Assembly (NCBI GenBank): GCA_964418895.1
Contig: CAYQND010000002.1
Span: 212,093 to 276,092 of the forward strand
Reading direction: 5' to 3'
DNA: 64,000 nucleotides
Origin: an uncultured Lentimicrobiaceae bacterium
GTDB lineage: Bacteria; Bacteroidota; Bacteroidia; Bacteroidales; F082
Shown: positions 46,373 through 55,868 of the stretch, in pieces
How positions within the stretch are numbered: position 1 is the stretch's first letter
Layout: each line of letters starts with the position of its first letter
The notes under the pieces: model-generated
The model's database searches: none
What the model was told of the DNA's origin: nothing
Seen by the model: the letters and a program-made list of their open reading frames with translations, nothing else
Translations under genes and position numbers: made by a program

Positions 46373-47059
46373 GTGTCGCAAATAAACATTCTACTTGCCG
46401 AAGACGACAAGAATCTTGGCGCAATCCTGAAAGCCTATCTCGATGCCAAGAATTATCGGACGACCTTATGTTTCGATGGTGGAGAGGCTTTGGATTCTTT
46501 CAAGAAAGGATCGTTTAACTTCTGCATCCTTGACGTGACTATGCCCGTGATGGATGGCTTCACTCTTGCAAAAGAGATTAAAAAAATCAACAGCAATGTC
46601 CCTGTCATTTTTCTGACTGCCAGGACAAAGCAGGAGGACGTGCTTGAGGGATTTCGAATCGGTGCCGACGATTACGTCACCAAACCTTTCAGCATGGATG
46701 AACTTATGATGAGAATCATGGCTGTTTACAATCGTTACATTGCCAAAGATCCGAGTCCGACGCCATTCAAGTTAGGCAAATACACCTATGACGCTCCTCA
46801 TCATCTGTTGATAAAAGGTGATAACAGCCGGAAACTCACCTCCAAGGAAGCCGATTTGCTTCTGCTTTTGTGCGAACACATGAATCAGACGCTTGAACGT
46901 TCGGTGGCCCTGAACCGCATCTGGTGCGAGGCGAACAACCTCAACGCCCGCTCGATGGATGTCTATATCACCAAGCTGCGCAAGTATTTTGAAGACGAGC
47001 CGAATGTACGTATCATCAACGTTCACGGTGTCGGATTCAAACTGATTGTCAGAAAGTAA
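46373..47059 (+). CDS. OmpR/PhoB-type response regulator (orphan)
   Basis: Receiver domain (LLAEDD, ILDVTMPVMDG, TKPF) plus a winged-helix output domain (MDVYITKLRKYF). GTG start preceded by AAGGAGG. There is no adjacent histidine kinase. Confidence 0.88.
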   Translation: MSQINILLAEDDKNLGAILKAYLDAKNYRTTLCFDGGEALDSFKKGSFNFCILDVTMPVMDGFTLAKEIKKINSNVPVIFLTARTKQEDVLEGFRIGADDYVTKPFSMDELMMRIMAVYNRYIAKDPSPTPFKLGKYTYDAPHHLLIKGDNSRKLTSKEADLLLLLCEHMNQTLERSVALNRIWCEANNLNARSMDVYITKLRKYFEDEPNVRIINVHGVGFKLIVRK

Positions 47060-47102
47060 GGTTCCCCATTCTGAGACCCTATCTTAGGGAGATTTTGTAG
47101 GT

Positions 47103-48347
47103 TTATTTCGGCATGAAATCCGTTTTGATGCCGTTGTCGGATTTCCATTGGCTGACGTTGACATCAGCTTGTGGCAGTTGCAACGTGGTGTCGTTAATGA
47201 AATTCCACAACGCTTCGCCGCTGGTGCCTCTGTCGGTGTTGGTCAGGACTATGAGCACGCGGTTTTTATCCACATAACGGATGATGTAACTGCGGTAGCC
47301 CTTCCACCAGCCGAAATGATATACCGTGCCTGGATGTTGCTGGTGCAGACGCCATCCGAATCCGTAGTTTTCTTCATGCCACCACGTGGGCGAGCCGGGA
47401 CGAAATGCCTCCGACTGAATGCTGTCGGGCAGCAGCAGGTCGTAATTCAATGCGACGCAGAAGCGATAGATGTCATCGACGGTCGAAAACATGATTTTGT
47501 CCCCCATCACGCCGTTGAGGTAGTCGTTTTGGGCGGTCTGTCCCCCGTTTCGGAACATATCGTGTCCGGGCACGTCGCAATCCATGAATGTCGATACGAC
47601 GGTGTCGCCTCTCATGGAATAAATGTAGGAACGATGCATGCCCAAAGGCTCAAAGATGTTGTCGCGCATGAAATCCTCGAAATGTTTGCCGGTGATGCGC
47701 TCGACAATTGTGGCCAGCAGCGCATAGTTGATGTTATTGTAGTGGAAGATTACGTCGGGCGGAGAATAAGGCTCCGGCTTTTTCTCGACGAGCAGTTTTA
47801 TCATGTCTTCGTTGGAGAGGGGCACATTTCTGTCGGGCCAGAACTCATCAGCGACGACTTCGTATCGTGACAGGCCTGACCTGTGATTGAGCAAGTTGCG
47901 CACGGTGATGCCGGAATAAGGGAATTCGGGGATGTATTCGCGGACATCGGCGTCATAGTCGATCTTGCCTCTCATGTGAAGCAGCATGATGGCTTCGGCA
48001 GTGAACATCTTCGAATCGGAGGAAAGTTGGAACTGGTCGTCGATGCGCAGCGAGTCGCGTCTGTGCCTCAGGTCGCGCCATCCGAACGCATGCCGGTAAA
48101 GCACTTGTCCTTGTTCGGCGTAGAGCACGACGCCGTTCAGTCCCGAGGTGGCGCATATCTCTTCAAAAGCGGCATCGGCCATCTTGGCCCGGCGTGTCAC
48201 CTTGCCTTTTCCTAAGTCGATGAAAAGGCTGTCCGTGTTGATTTCTACACCCTTACGCTTGACGTCATCTCCATGGTCATGCCGACACGAGGCGAATGGC
48301 AACAAAAGCAGCATGCAAGACAATATGGCAAGACATTTTGTGCTCAT
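47103..48347 (-). CDS. serine hydrolase, beta-lactamase/PBP4* family, lipoprotein
   Basis: Lipobox LLLPFASC and the SxxK motif (SDSK) in LSSDSKMFTAEA. Typical class C-like length. Confidence 0.85.
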   Translation of the reverse strand: MSTKCLAILSCMLLLLPFASCRHDHGDDVKRKGVEINTDSLFIDLGKGKVTRRAKMADAAFEEICATSGLNGVVLYAEQGQVLYRHAFGWRDLRHRRDSLRIDDQFQLSSDSKMFTAEAIMLLHMRGKIDYDADVREYIPEFPYSGITVRNLLNHRSGLSRYEVVADEFWPDRNVPLSNEDMIKLLVEKKPEPYSPPDVIFHYNNINYALLATIVERITGKHFEDFMRDNIFEPLGMHRSYIYSMRGDTVVSTFMDCDVPGHDMFRNGGQTAQNDYLNGVMGDKIMFSTVDDIYRFCVALNYDLLLPDSIQSEAFRPGSPTWWHEENYGFGWRLHQQHPGTVYHFGWWKGYRSYIIRYVDKNRVLIVLTNTDRGTSGEALWNFINDTTLQLPQADVNVSQWKSDNGIKTDFMPK

Positions 48348-48355
48348 ACGGGCGG

Positions 48356-48363
48356 CAAAAGTA
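48356..48363 (-). promoter_or_regulatory. -7 promoter box (minus strand TACTTTTG)
   Basis: The + strand reads CAAAAGTA, 8 nt upstream of the ATG at 48347. Confidence 0.35.
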
Positions 48364-48438
48364 AGGAAAAACAAGACAGCATTCTCGTCAAAAGTGGTCT
48401 AATTGAAGCCAAATGGGGCGCAATAAGCTAATTATTAC

Positions 48439-48446
48439 TATCTTTG
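48439..48446 (+). promoter_or_regulatory. -7 promoter box TATCTTTG
   Basis: 21 nt upstream of the ATG at 48468. Confidence 0.45.
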
Positions 48447-48467
48447 CAGCCAATTAATTTTTATTCA

Positions 48468-50441
48468 ATGTCACAATTTACAGATTTTGGATTGAATCCC
48501 GCTCTGTTGAAGGCAATAAGAGAGCTGGGGTTCGAAAATCCAATGCCAATACAGGAACAAACCATTCCTGTCTTATTGGAAAAAGACGTGGACTTCGTTG
48601 GCCTCGCACAGACGGGAACAGGGAAAACAGCGGCATTCGGTCTTCCGTTACTTCAGAAAATCAATCCCAGTGAACGCAGCGTTCAAGCTTTGATTCTTTG
48701 TCCGACACGTGAACTCTGCATGCAGATCACCAAAGACCTGAAAAGCTATTCCAAATACATTCCCGAAATCCTAATCGTCCCCGTATATGGGGGTGCGAGC
48801 ATTGAAGGCCAATTCAAGGATTTGGCCAGAAAACCGCAAATCATCGTTGCCACCCCCGGAAGGTTGCAGGACATGATTCGCCGCAACAGAGTCGATTTTT
48901 CCGATGTCAAATACATGATTCTTGACGAAGCAGACGAAATGCTGAACATGGGTTTCCAGGAAGAGGTTGATGCCATCCTGAAATTCATGCCGGACAGAAA
49001 AAACACGGGTCTGTTCTCCGCCACCATGCCGAAAGAAGTTGAGGCCATCCTGTCAAAATACATGACCGATCCCGTGAAGGTGTCGGTGGGACAGCGCAAC
49101 TCAGGCACCGTCAATGTGGACCACAAATACTACATGATGGCCGCCAAAGACCGTTATGCAGTCTTGAAACGTCTCATAGACTACACTCCGACCATTTACG
49201 GAATCGTTTTCTGCCGCACCAAACTGGAGACGCAGGAAGTGGCCGACAATCTGGTCCGCGATGGCTATAACGCCGCCGCTTTGCATGGCGACCTTTCACA
49301 AGGCATGCGCGACAACGTCATGGAACACTTCCGTCAGAAAAGCCTGCAACTGCTCGTCGCTACCGACGTGGCGGCACGTGGCATCGACGTCAGCGACCTG
49401 ACACACATCATCAACTATAACCTGCCGGACGACATCGAAACCTACGTGCACCGTAGCGGTCGTACCGGACGCGCCGACAAGCGTGGCATCTGCATCAGCC
49501 TTATCAACCTGCGCGAAAAAGGAAAAATCAAGCAAATCGAAAAGATAGTGGGCCGTCCGCTTGAAAGAGCCCTGATCCCCACTGGCAAGGAAGTTTGCGA
49601 GAAACAGTTGTTCAAGCACATCGACAACATCGAGAAGGTGGATATCAACCGCGAAGATATCGACGATTATTTGCCCGTCATCTTCCGCAAACTCGAATGG
49701 ATGTCGCGCGAAGAACTAATCACCAGAATGGTGGCGTTGAACTTCAACCGTTTTCTCGACTACTACAAGAACGCCAACGACCTTAACGTCAGCGAGACGG
49801 AAGAGAAGAAAAGCCGTAGCGAAAGAAAGAGCCGCGAACCGGAAGGCGACCGCGACGCTGGTCTGAAGACACTCTTCTTCGGACTCGGCCGCATCGACCA
49901 CATCCTTCCGCAAAGGATTATCGGTACCATCAACGATGTCACCAACACCAAAGACATCCGTATTGGCCGCATCGAACTCTACGACGATTTCTCGTATGTC
50001 GATGTGGAGGAATCGTTCCTTCCTATGATTCTCGATTGTTTCTCCGACCCGAATAAGAACCCGAAAGGCATCGTCGTGGAAGTCGCCAAAGACAAGGCAC
50101 CCGGCTCTAAGAGCAGGAAAAAATACCATGACGGCGACGGCGATTCCCGTGGCGGAGAAAGAAGATCGAGATATCACGACTCGGAATACAAAGTGGAACG
50201 CTCACGCGATGGCCGTGAATGGATCGACGACAACAGAGGCGGAAGAGGTGGCAATCGTAACGACGATTCACGTCCGAGCAGAAAAGAGAGAAACTCCGAG
50301 CGCGGTTTCGGTTCAGGCAGAGGCTCGTCCGACAGAGGACGTGGCTATTCTTCGTCAAGAGGCTCCAGAGACTCCGACAGAGGACATCGCGGATCTTCGC
50401 ACGAAGGTTATGGCAGAAGAAGTTCTGGCCGCCGCAAATAA
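48468..50441 (+). CDS. DEAD-box ATP-dependent RNA helicase with DbpA-like RNA-binding domain and Arg/Gly/Ser-rich tail
   Basis: Q motif, AQTGTGKT, DEAD (ILDEADEM), SAT and HRSGRTGRA. A DbpA-type domain (GRIDHILPQRIIG...IGRIELYDDFSYVDV) is followed by ~117 aa of R/G/S/D low complexity. Confidence 0.92.
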   Translation: MSQFTDFGLNPALLKAIRELGFENPMPIQEQTIPVLLEKDVDFVGLAQTGTGKTAAFGLPLLQKINPSERSVQALILCPTRELCMQITKDLKSYSKYIPEILIVPVYGGASIEGQFKDLARKPQIIVATPGRLQDMIRRNRVDFSDVKYMILDEADEMLNMGFQEEVDAILKFMPDRKNTGLFSATMPKEVEAILSKYMTDPVKVSVGQRNSGTVNVDHKYYMMAAKDRYAVLKRLIDYTPTIYGIVFCRTKLETQEVADNLVRDGYNAAALHGDLSQGMRDNVMEHFRQKSLQLLVATDVAARGIDVSDLTHIINYNLPDDIETYVHRSGRTGRADKRGICISLINLREKGKIKQIEKIVGRPLERALIPTGKEVCEKQLFKHIDNIEKVDINREDIDDYLPVIFRKLEWMSREELITRMVALNFNRFLDYYKNANDLNVSETEEKKSRSERKSREPEGDRDAGLKTLFFGLGRIDHILPQRIIGTINDVTNTKDIRIGRIELYDDFSYVDVEESFLPMILDCFSDPNKNPKGIVVEVAKDKAPGSKSRKKYHDGDGDSRGGERRSRYHDSEYKVERSRDGREWIDDNRGGRGGNRNDDSRPSRKERNSERGFGSGRGSSDRGRGYSSSRGSRDSDRGHRGSSHEGYGRRSSGRRK

Positions 50442-50465
50442 TCATCAAATCGTCATGACAATACC

Positions 50466-51365
50466 ATGACAAACGGTTTGAAAAATTGGTTGAAAGCATC
50501 ACGTCCGAGGACGCTGATGCTTTCTTTTTCAGGCATCATGACGGGAGGATTCCTGTCTCTCACATGCACCAGTCACAGCCTGCTGACGGTCGTTTTGTGC
50601 GTGTTCACTGCCGTTACCTTGCAAATCCTGTCTAATCTTGCCAACGACTACGGCGATTTCATTCATGGCATCGACAATGACGATAGAATAGGTCCGCAAA
50701 GGCAGTTGCAGTCGGGAGAAATAGACAAGAAGGCGATGAAAAGCGGAATCATCGTCACGGCTTTTCTGGCGCTGGCTTTCGGTGCGGCATTGATTTTCAC
50801 TGCTCATCTTAAGCCTGCCGAATTCATCTTTTTCGGCAGCCTGGGATTCGCCGCAATCCTTGCAGCATTGCTCTACACCTTGGGCAAGCATCCTTACGGA
50901 TATCAGGGGTTTGGAGACCTTTTCTGTTTCTTATTCTTCGGAATAGTGTCAGTAGCAGGAACTTATTACTTATCGACACACAATATCGATTATCTGATTC
51001 TGCTTCCCGCCGCAGCGCATGGATTTTCGTCCAATACGGTGCTGAATGTCAATAATATGCGTGATTTTGAAAACGACAAAAGAAGTGGCAAAAACACTTT
51101 GGTCGTCAGAATCGGGCTGAAAAAAGCCTTCGTCTATCACATCACACTGATAATCAGTGCATTCGTTTGCCTCACGGTTTTCACAATACTGAAACACAAT
51201 CCAATCTACTGCTTTGCATTCTGGATCGTATTTCCATTCTTGTTGAAAGATTTTAAGGCGATGGCCAAAATCAAGGATTTGCAATTGCTGGATCCTTTCC
51301 TGAAGCGACACGCCATAGCGACGTTTGTCACATTTCTGATTTTTGGCGTCACGCTAATCTTGTAG
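50466..51365 (+). CDS. menA: 1,4-dihydroxy-2-naphthoate polyprenyltransferase
   Basis: UbiA-family NDYGDFIHGIDNDD motif and about 8-9 TM segments. Confidence 0.88.
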   Translation: MTNGLKNWLKASRPRTLMLSFSGIMTGGFLSLTCTSHSLLTVVLCVFTAVTLQILSNLANDYGDFIHGIDNDDRIGPQRQLQSGEIDKKAMKSGIIVTAFLALAFGAALIFTAHLKPAEFIFFGSLGFAAILAALLYTLGKHPYGYQGFGDLFCFLFFGIVSVAGTYYLSTHNIDYLILLPAAAHGFSSNTVLNVNNMRDFENDKRSGKNTLVVRIGLKKAFVYHITLIISAFVCLTVFTILKHNPIYCFAFWIVFPFLLKDFKAMAKIKDLQLLDPFLKRHAIATFVTFLIFGVTLIL

Positions 51366-51372
51366 GAACAAA

Positions 51373-51403
51373 AAAAACGGCAGCAGAAAAACTGTTGCCG
51401 TTT
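51373..51403. terminator. hairpin between menA and the convergent tRNA gene
   Basis: AACGGCAGCAG-AAAAA-CTGTTGCCGTT with one mismatch, flanked by an A-run on one side and a T-rich stretch on the other. Confidence 0.55.
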
Positions 51404-51409
51404 CAGACG

Positions 51410-51483
51410 TCGGAGCGGCCGGACTCGAACTGGCGACCGCTTGCACCCCATGCAAGAATGCTAGCCAACTGCACCACGCCCCG
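51410..51483 (-). tRNA. tRNA-Pro (anticodon GGG)
   Basis: Hand-folded cloverleaf on the minus strand: acceptor CGGGGCG/CGCTCCG (one G-U), D arm GTGC-AGTTGGCTA-GCAT, anticodon arm CTTGC-AT GGG GT-GCAAG, T arm GCCAG-TTCGAGT-CCGGC (A-C mismatch at 52:62), discriminator A. CCA is not encoded. Confidence 0.85.
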
Positions 51484-51494
51484 ATTTCTGAGTG

Positions 51495-51502
51495 CAAAGA
51501 TA
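51495..51502 (-). promoter_or_regulatory. -7 promoter box (minus strand TATCTTTG) for the tRNA
   Basis: The + strand reads CAAAGATA, 11 nt upstream of the mature tRNA 5' end. Confidence 0.45.
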
Positions 51503-51691
51503 TAAAGGATTATTGAATCAAAGTCAATTTATGAAAGGAATTTTTTTGAATATAAAATCGTAATCATATTTAATTATTTGATTTACAATATTTTACATTC
51601 AATTCTAATCTTTCCATTCAAGAAACGGAATGGACATAATAATTACGAAAAAAGCCATGTCATGACCGGCTTGCGACAATCTGAAATACTG

Positions 51692-51699
51692 TATCTTTG
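51692..51699 (+). promoter_or_regulatory. -7 promoter box TATCTTTG
   Basis: 26 nt upstream of the trxB ATG at 51726. Confidence 0.45.
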
Positions 51700-51725
51700 T
51701 ATGATGAAACAAACAAAATAATGAT

Positions 51726-52673
51726 ATGACTGAAAATATTGAACACACTGATTGTCTGATAATTGGTTCAGGTCCTGCAGGATATACGGCTGCCATCTAC
51801 ACTTGCCGTGCCGATGTGAAAACCATAATCTACGAAGGCATACAACCTGGCGGACAACTTACGCAGACTACCGAAATAGAGAATTTTCCCGGATATCCTA
51901 AGGGAACGAATGGTCCCGAAATGATGGACGACATACGCCAGCAGGCTGAGCGTTTCGGTGCTGAGATCCGCATGGGCGAAATCACCGCCATCGACGCATC
52001 GCAACGTCCTTTCCGCGTCACTACGGAATATGACGGCGACATTCTCGCCGACACCATCATTGTGGCTACTGGAGCCTCGGCGCGTTATCTGGGACTGCCG
52101 TCCGAAGAGGAATTCAAAGGCGGCGGCGTGTCGGCATGCGCCACTTGCGACGGCTTCTTCTACAAAGGCAAAGACGTCGCCGTAGTCGGTGGCGGTGACA
52201 CGGCATGTGAAGACGCGACTTATCTCTCAAAACTCTGCAACAAGGTTTATCTCATCGTCCGCCGTGACGTGTTGCGTGCTTCGAAAGCCATGCAGCATCG
52301 CGTGCTCAACACACCCAATATCGAGGTGCTGTGGACAACGCAGACCAAGGAACTCTTCGGCGAACAGGAAGGTTTCATGAAGAAACTGAAAGGTGCAGTG
52401 CTTTTCGACAGCCAGACCAAAGTCGAACGCACGATTAATATCGACGGTTTCTTTGTCGCCATAGGTCACCTTCCGAACACGTCGGTGTTCAAGGGCCTGC
52501 TCGACATGGACGAAGACGGCTACATCATCACCAAAGCCAAATCGACAGCGACAAACGTGGAAGGCATCTTCGCTTGCGGCGACTGTCAGGACAGGACATA
52601 CCGCCAAGCCATTGTGGCTGCCGGAACGGGCGCCATGGCCGGCATTGAGGCTGAACGTTTCCTGCTTCAATAG
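51726..52673 (+). CDS. trxB: thioredoxin-disulfide reductase
   Basis: GSGPAG is the FAD motif, CATCDG the redox-active disulfide, and GGGDTA the NADPH motif. Confidence 0.95.
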   Translation: MTENIEHTDCLIIGSGPAGYTAAIYTCRADVKTIIYEGIQPGGQLTQTTEIENFPGYPKGTNGPEMMDDIRQQAERFGAEIRMGEITAIDASQRPFRVTTEYDGDILADTIIVATGASARYLGLPSEEEFKGGGVSACATCDGFFYKGKDVAVVGGGDTACEDATYLSKLCNKVYLIVRRDVLRASKAMQHRVLNTPNIEVLWTTQTKELFGEQEGFMKKLKGAVLFDSQTKVERTINIDGFFVAIGHLPNTSVFKGLLDMDEDGYIITKAKSTATNVEGIFACGDCQDRTYRQAIVAAGTGAMAGIEAERFLLQ

Positions 52674-52682
52674 CATCGGCAC

Positions 52683-53633
52683 ATGGAGTTCATGACCGAG
52701 GACAAGATGCTGCCGTTAGAAAACGGCATCGTCTATGGCGACAGGATTTTCTTTTTAGGTTCCTGCTTCGCTGATGAAATCGGCGGCATCTGTCGCGGGC
52801 TGGGCTTCGACGCCATGCTGAATCCGTTCGGGACACTCTTCAACCCCGCTTCGATTCGCGATGCCATATCGCGTCTGAACGAAGGCCGGCATTTTACCGA
52901 AAACGATGTTGTGAAGGTGGATGAAGGCTATTTCTCCACCTTCTCGCATAACAACAGATTTTGGTACAACACGCCAGAGAAACTGCTGAGCGAAGCCAAC
53001 GCCGCGCTCGACAAGGCAATCCAGCATTACAATCAGTCCAAATGGGTCATCATCAGCCTTGGCACCGCGTGGTGTTACAGGTTTGCCGCTACCGGAAACA
53101 TAGTCTCGAATTGTCACAAATTGCCGTCTTCTGATTTCCAACGTCTGCGACTCACCGTTGATGAATCGGCTGCCATTCTTTCGGAGATCGTCAGCCACAA
53201 CGCCGACAAACGTTTCATCTTCACCGTGTCGCCCTTGCGCCATCTGAGCGACGGACTGCACGGAAACCAGTTGAGCAAAGCCACATTGCTGCTTGCTGTG
53301 GACAAGGTGTGCGGTGACTTCAAGAATGCCAACTACTTCGGCGCTTACGAAATACTTCTCGACGAGTTGCGCGACTACAGATATTACAAAGAGGATATGT
53401 TTCATCCCAGCGATCAGGCCGTGCGCTACATCTGGGATAAATTCAGAGAATACGCCTTCGACGAGAGTTGCCGTAAGCCTATGGAAATGGCTGAAAAGTT
53501 AAGGCAGATGCTCGACCATAAGCCGTTTTACCCTGAGAGCAAGGCATACAAGAGTTTCCTTGAGACGATTGACAAGTTGAAAGAAGAACTGAAGGCCCAT
53601 TATCCGAAGATGAATTTGGAGAACATCTTGTGA
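52683..53633 (+). CDS. GSCFA domain protein
   Basis: FFLGSCFADEIG contains the motif that names the family. Confidence 0.8.
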   Translation: MEFMTEDKMLPLENGIVYGDRIFFLGSCFADEIGGICRGLGFDAMLNPFGTLFNPASIRDAISRLNEGRHFTENDVVKVDEGYFSTFSHNNRFWYNTPEKLLSEANAALDKAIQHYNQSKWVIISLGTAWCYRFAATGNIVSNCHKLPSSDFQRLRLTVDESAAILSEIVSHNADKRFIFTVSPLRHLSDGLHGNQLSKATLLLAVDKVCGDFKNANYFGAYEILLDELRDYRYYKEDMFHPSDQAVRYIWDKFREYAFDESCRKPMEMAEKLRQMLDHKPFYPESKAYKSFLETIDKLKEELKAHYPKMNLENIL

Positions 53634-53716
53634 CGGCTATGCCTGATTCGTGGCGGTCGCCGTTGCTTTCTGAAATGATATGGGATTTGCGGATTGCCGC
53701 AGATTTTGGAAAAGAT

Positions 53717-53724
53717 TATCTTTG
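53717..53724 (+). promoter_or_regulatory. -7 promoter box TATCTTTG
   Basis: 14 nt upstream of the ATG at 53739. Confidence 0.45.
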
Positions 53725-53738
53725 CAGCAAGGATAGAG

Positions 53739-55847
53739 ATGATGGAAGTCAACCTGCTTAATACGAAGATCGAATATCTGAAAGGTGTGGGGCCAAGGCG
53801 TGCCGAGCTGCTGCATAAGGAGATGAACGTCTATACCTATCAGGATCTGCTTAACAGATTCCCTTTCCGTTACATCGACAAGAGTCAGATTTACAAGGTT
53901 GCGCAGGTGAACGACGATCTGGTGTACTATCAGCTTATCGGCACCATCTCTGACATCCAGCTCGTAGGTGCGCCACGTGCGACGCGCGCCACGGCGCGTT
54001 TCAGCGATGAGACGGGCAGCATCGAACTGGTGTGGTTCAGGGGACTGAAATGGATTAAAACGAGTTACAAGCCCGGCGTGCGGTATGTGTTGTTTGGCAA
54101 AGCCAGCCAGTTTAACCACAACTTCAACTTCGTCCATCCTGAACTGGAACTTTACGATCCTAATGATCCCCTTGTCGGCGAAGGGCTTCAGGGCGTTTAC
54201 TTCACCACCGACAAGATGAAAGACAACGGTTTGGGAACGCGCCAAATCGCCAAGTTGCAGAAAATGATTCTTCAACAGGTGTTTGATATCATCCCCGAAG
54301 TGCTTCCGGCGCGCATCCTGCAACAGCAAAATCTCATTCCGCGCAGATACGCCTACTATCAGATTCACCTTCCGTCGAACAGTGCCGATGTGCAGCAAGC
54401 CACGCGGCGACTGAAGTTCGAGGAACATTTTTTCTTCCAATTGAAGTTGTTGCGAAACAAGAAACGTCGCGAAAACTGCACCAAGGGTCGCGTCTTCAGC
54501 AAGGTAGGTGACTATTTCAATAGCTTTTACAATGAACATCTCCCTTTTCAACTCACGAACGCCCAGAAACGCGTCATCAAGGAAATTTTCAATGATTTGA
54601 GAAGCGGACACCAGATGAACAGGCTTTTGCAGGGCGATGTGGGCAGCGGCAAGACAATTGTCGCCCTGATGGTCATGCTGTTGGCCTTGGACAACGGCTT
54701 TCAAGCCTGTCTGATGGCGCCCACCGAGATTCTGGCGACGCAACACTATGCCACGCTGAAAGAATTGTTGAAAGACATGCCTGTCACGTTTGCCCTCCTC
54801 ACTGGATCGACAAAGATTTCGGAACGGCGCAAGATACATGCCGGGTTGGAAGACGGCACCTTGCAAATCATCGTGGGCACACACGCATTGATAGAGAAAA
54901 ACGTCATTTTCAAGAACCTCGGTCTCGCCATCATCGACGAACAGCACCGTTTCGGAGTGGAACAACGTTCCAGATTTTGGGAGAAGACGGAGATGCCTCC
55001 GCACATGCTGGTCATGACGGCAACGCCCATCCCACGTACATTGGCCATGACGCAGTACGGCGATCTTGACGTGTCGAAAATCGACGAACTGCCGCCGGGA
55101 AGAAAGCCGGTCCAGACAGTCCACGTCTATCAGGACGACGGCTACCGCATCGTGCTGTTCATGAAACAGCAAATCGCATTGGGTCGGCAGATTTATGTCG
55201 TCTATCCTCTCATCAAGGAATCCGAAAAGACCGACATGATTGCGCTGCAGGAAGGCTACGAAGCCCTGCTCCGCGATTTTCAGGAACCCGAGTACAAGAT
55301 TTGCGTCTGCCACGGACAACTGAAACCTGAAGACAAAGACTTCGAGATGCAGCGTTTCGTTAACAAGGACACCCAGATCATGGTGGCGACCACCGTTATC
55401 GAAGTCGGTGTCAACGTGCCGAATGCCAGTGTCATGATCATTGAAAACGCCAACCGTTTCGGACTGTCACAACTCCATCAGCTGCGCGGCCGTGTGGGAC
55501 GTGGCGCCGACCAGTCGTACTGTGTCCTGGTCACCGACCATAAGATGACTAACGACGGCAGAACCCGAATAAAAACGATGTGCACCAGCAATGATGGCTT
55601 TGAGATAGCCGAAGTTGACCTGCAGTTGCGCGGTCCTGGCGAAACGGGTGGAACGCGTCAGTCCGGTCAGTTGGAGATGCTTATCGGCGACTTCCAGAAA
55701 GACGGCGACCTCATCCAGGAAACCCGCGCCATCGCCACAAGCCTGCTTGACGATGACCCAAAACTCGTCAAACCGGAAAACCTTATGCTCCGCGAACACT
55801 ACAAGGAACTTTTCGCCCAAACCTTCGACTGGAGCCAGATCGGGTGA
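53739..55847 (+). CDS. recG: ATP-dependent DNA helicase RecG
   Basis: YLKGVGPRRAELL at the N-terminus, a wedge region, Walker A GDVGSGKT, DEQH and QLRGRVGRG. Confidence 0.93.
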   Translation: MMEVNLLNTKIEYLKGVGPRRAELLHKEMNVYTYQDLLNRFPFRYIDKSQIYKVAQVNDDLVYYQLIGTISDIQLVGAPRATRATARFSDETGSIELVWFRGLKWIKTSYKPGVRYVLFGKASQFNHNFNFVHPELELYDPNDPLVGEGLQGVYFTTDKMKDNGLGTRQIAKLQKMILQQVFDIIPEVLPARILQQQNLIPRRYAYYQIHLPSNSADVQQATRRLKFEEHFFFQLKLLRNKKRRENCTKGRVFSKVGDYFNSFYNEHLPFQLTNAQKRVIKEIFNDLRSGHQMNRLLQGDVGSGKTIVALMVMLLALDNGFQACLMAPTEILATQHYATLKELLKDMPVTFALLTGSTKISERRKIHAGLEDGTLQIIVGTHALIEKNVIFKNLGLAIIDEQHRFGVEQRSRFWEKTEMPPHMLVMTATPIPRTLAMTQYGDLDVSKIDELPPGRKPVQTVHVYQDDGYRIVLFMKQQIALGRQIYVVYPLIKESEKTDMIALQEGYEALLRDFQEPEYKICVCHGQLKPEDKDFEMQRFVNKDTQIMVATTVIEVGVNVPNASVMIIENANRFGLSQLHQLRGRVGRGADQSYCVLVTDHKMTNDGRTRIKTMCTSNDGFEIAEVDLQLRGPGETGGTRQSGQLEMLIGDFQKDGDLIQETRAIATSLLDDDPKLVKPENLMLREHYKELFAQTFDWSQIG

Positions 55848-55868
55848 GAAGTGTTTCGTATCGTCCAT

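Noticed and set aside
51366-51725. tRNA-Pro as the attachment site of an integrated element.
   Set aside because: There is no integrase, no direct repeat of the tRNA 3' end and no accessory genes on either side. menA and trxB are core genes.
53637-55319. A 560-aa ORF on the minus strand, the longest unexplained ORF in the track.
   Set aside because: It lies entirely antisense to recG, whose helicase motifs are unambiguous. Its translation is compositionally odd (rich in H, R, V and L) with no motif. It is a typical shadow ORF of a codon-biased gene.
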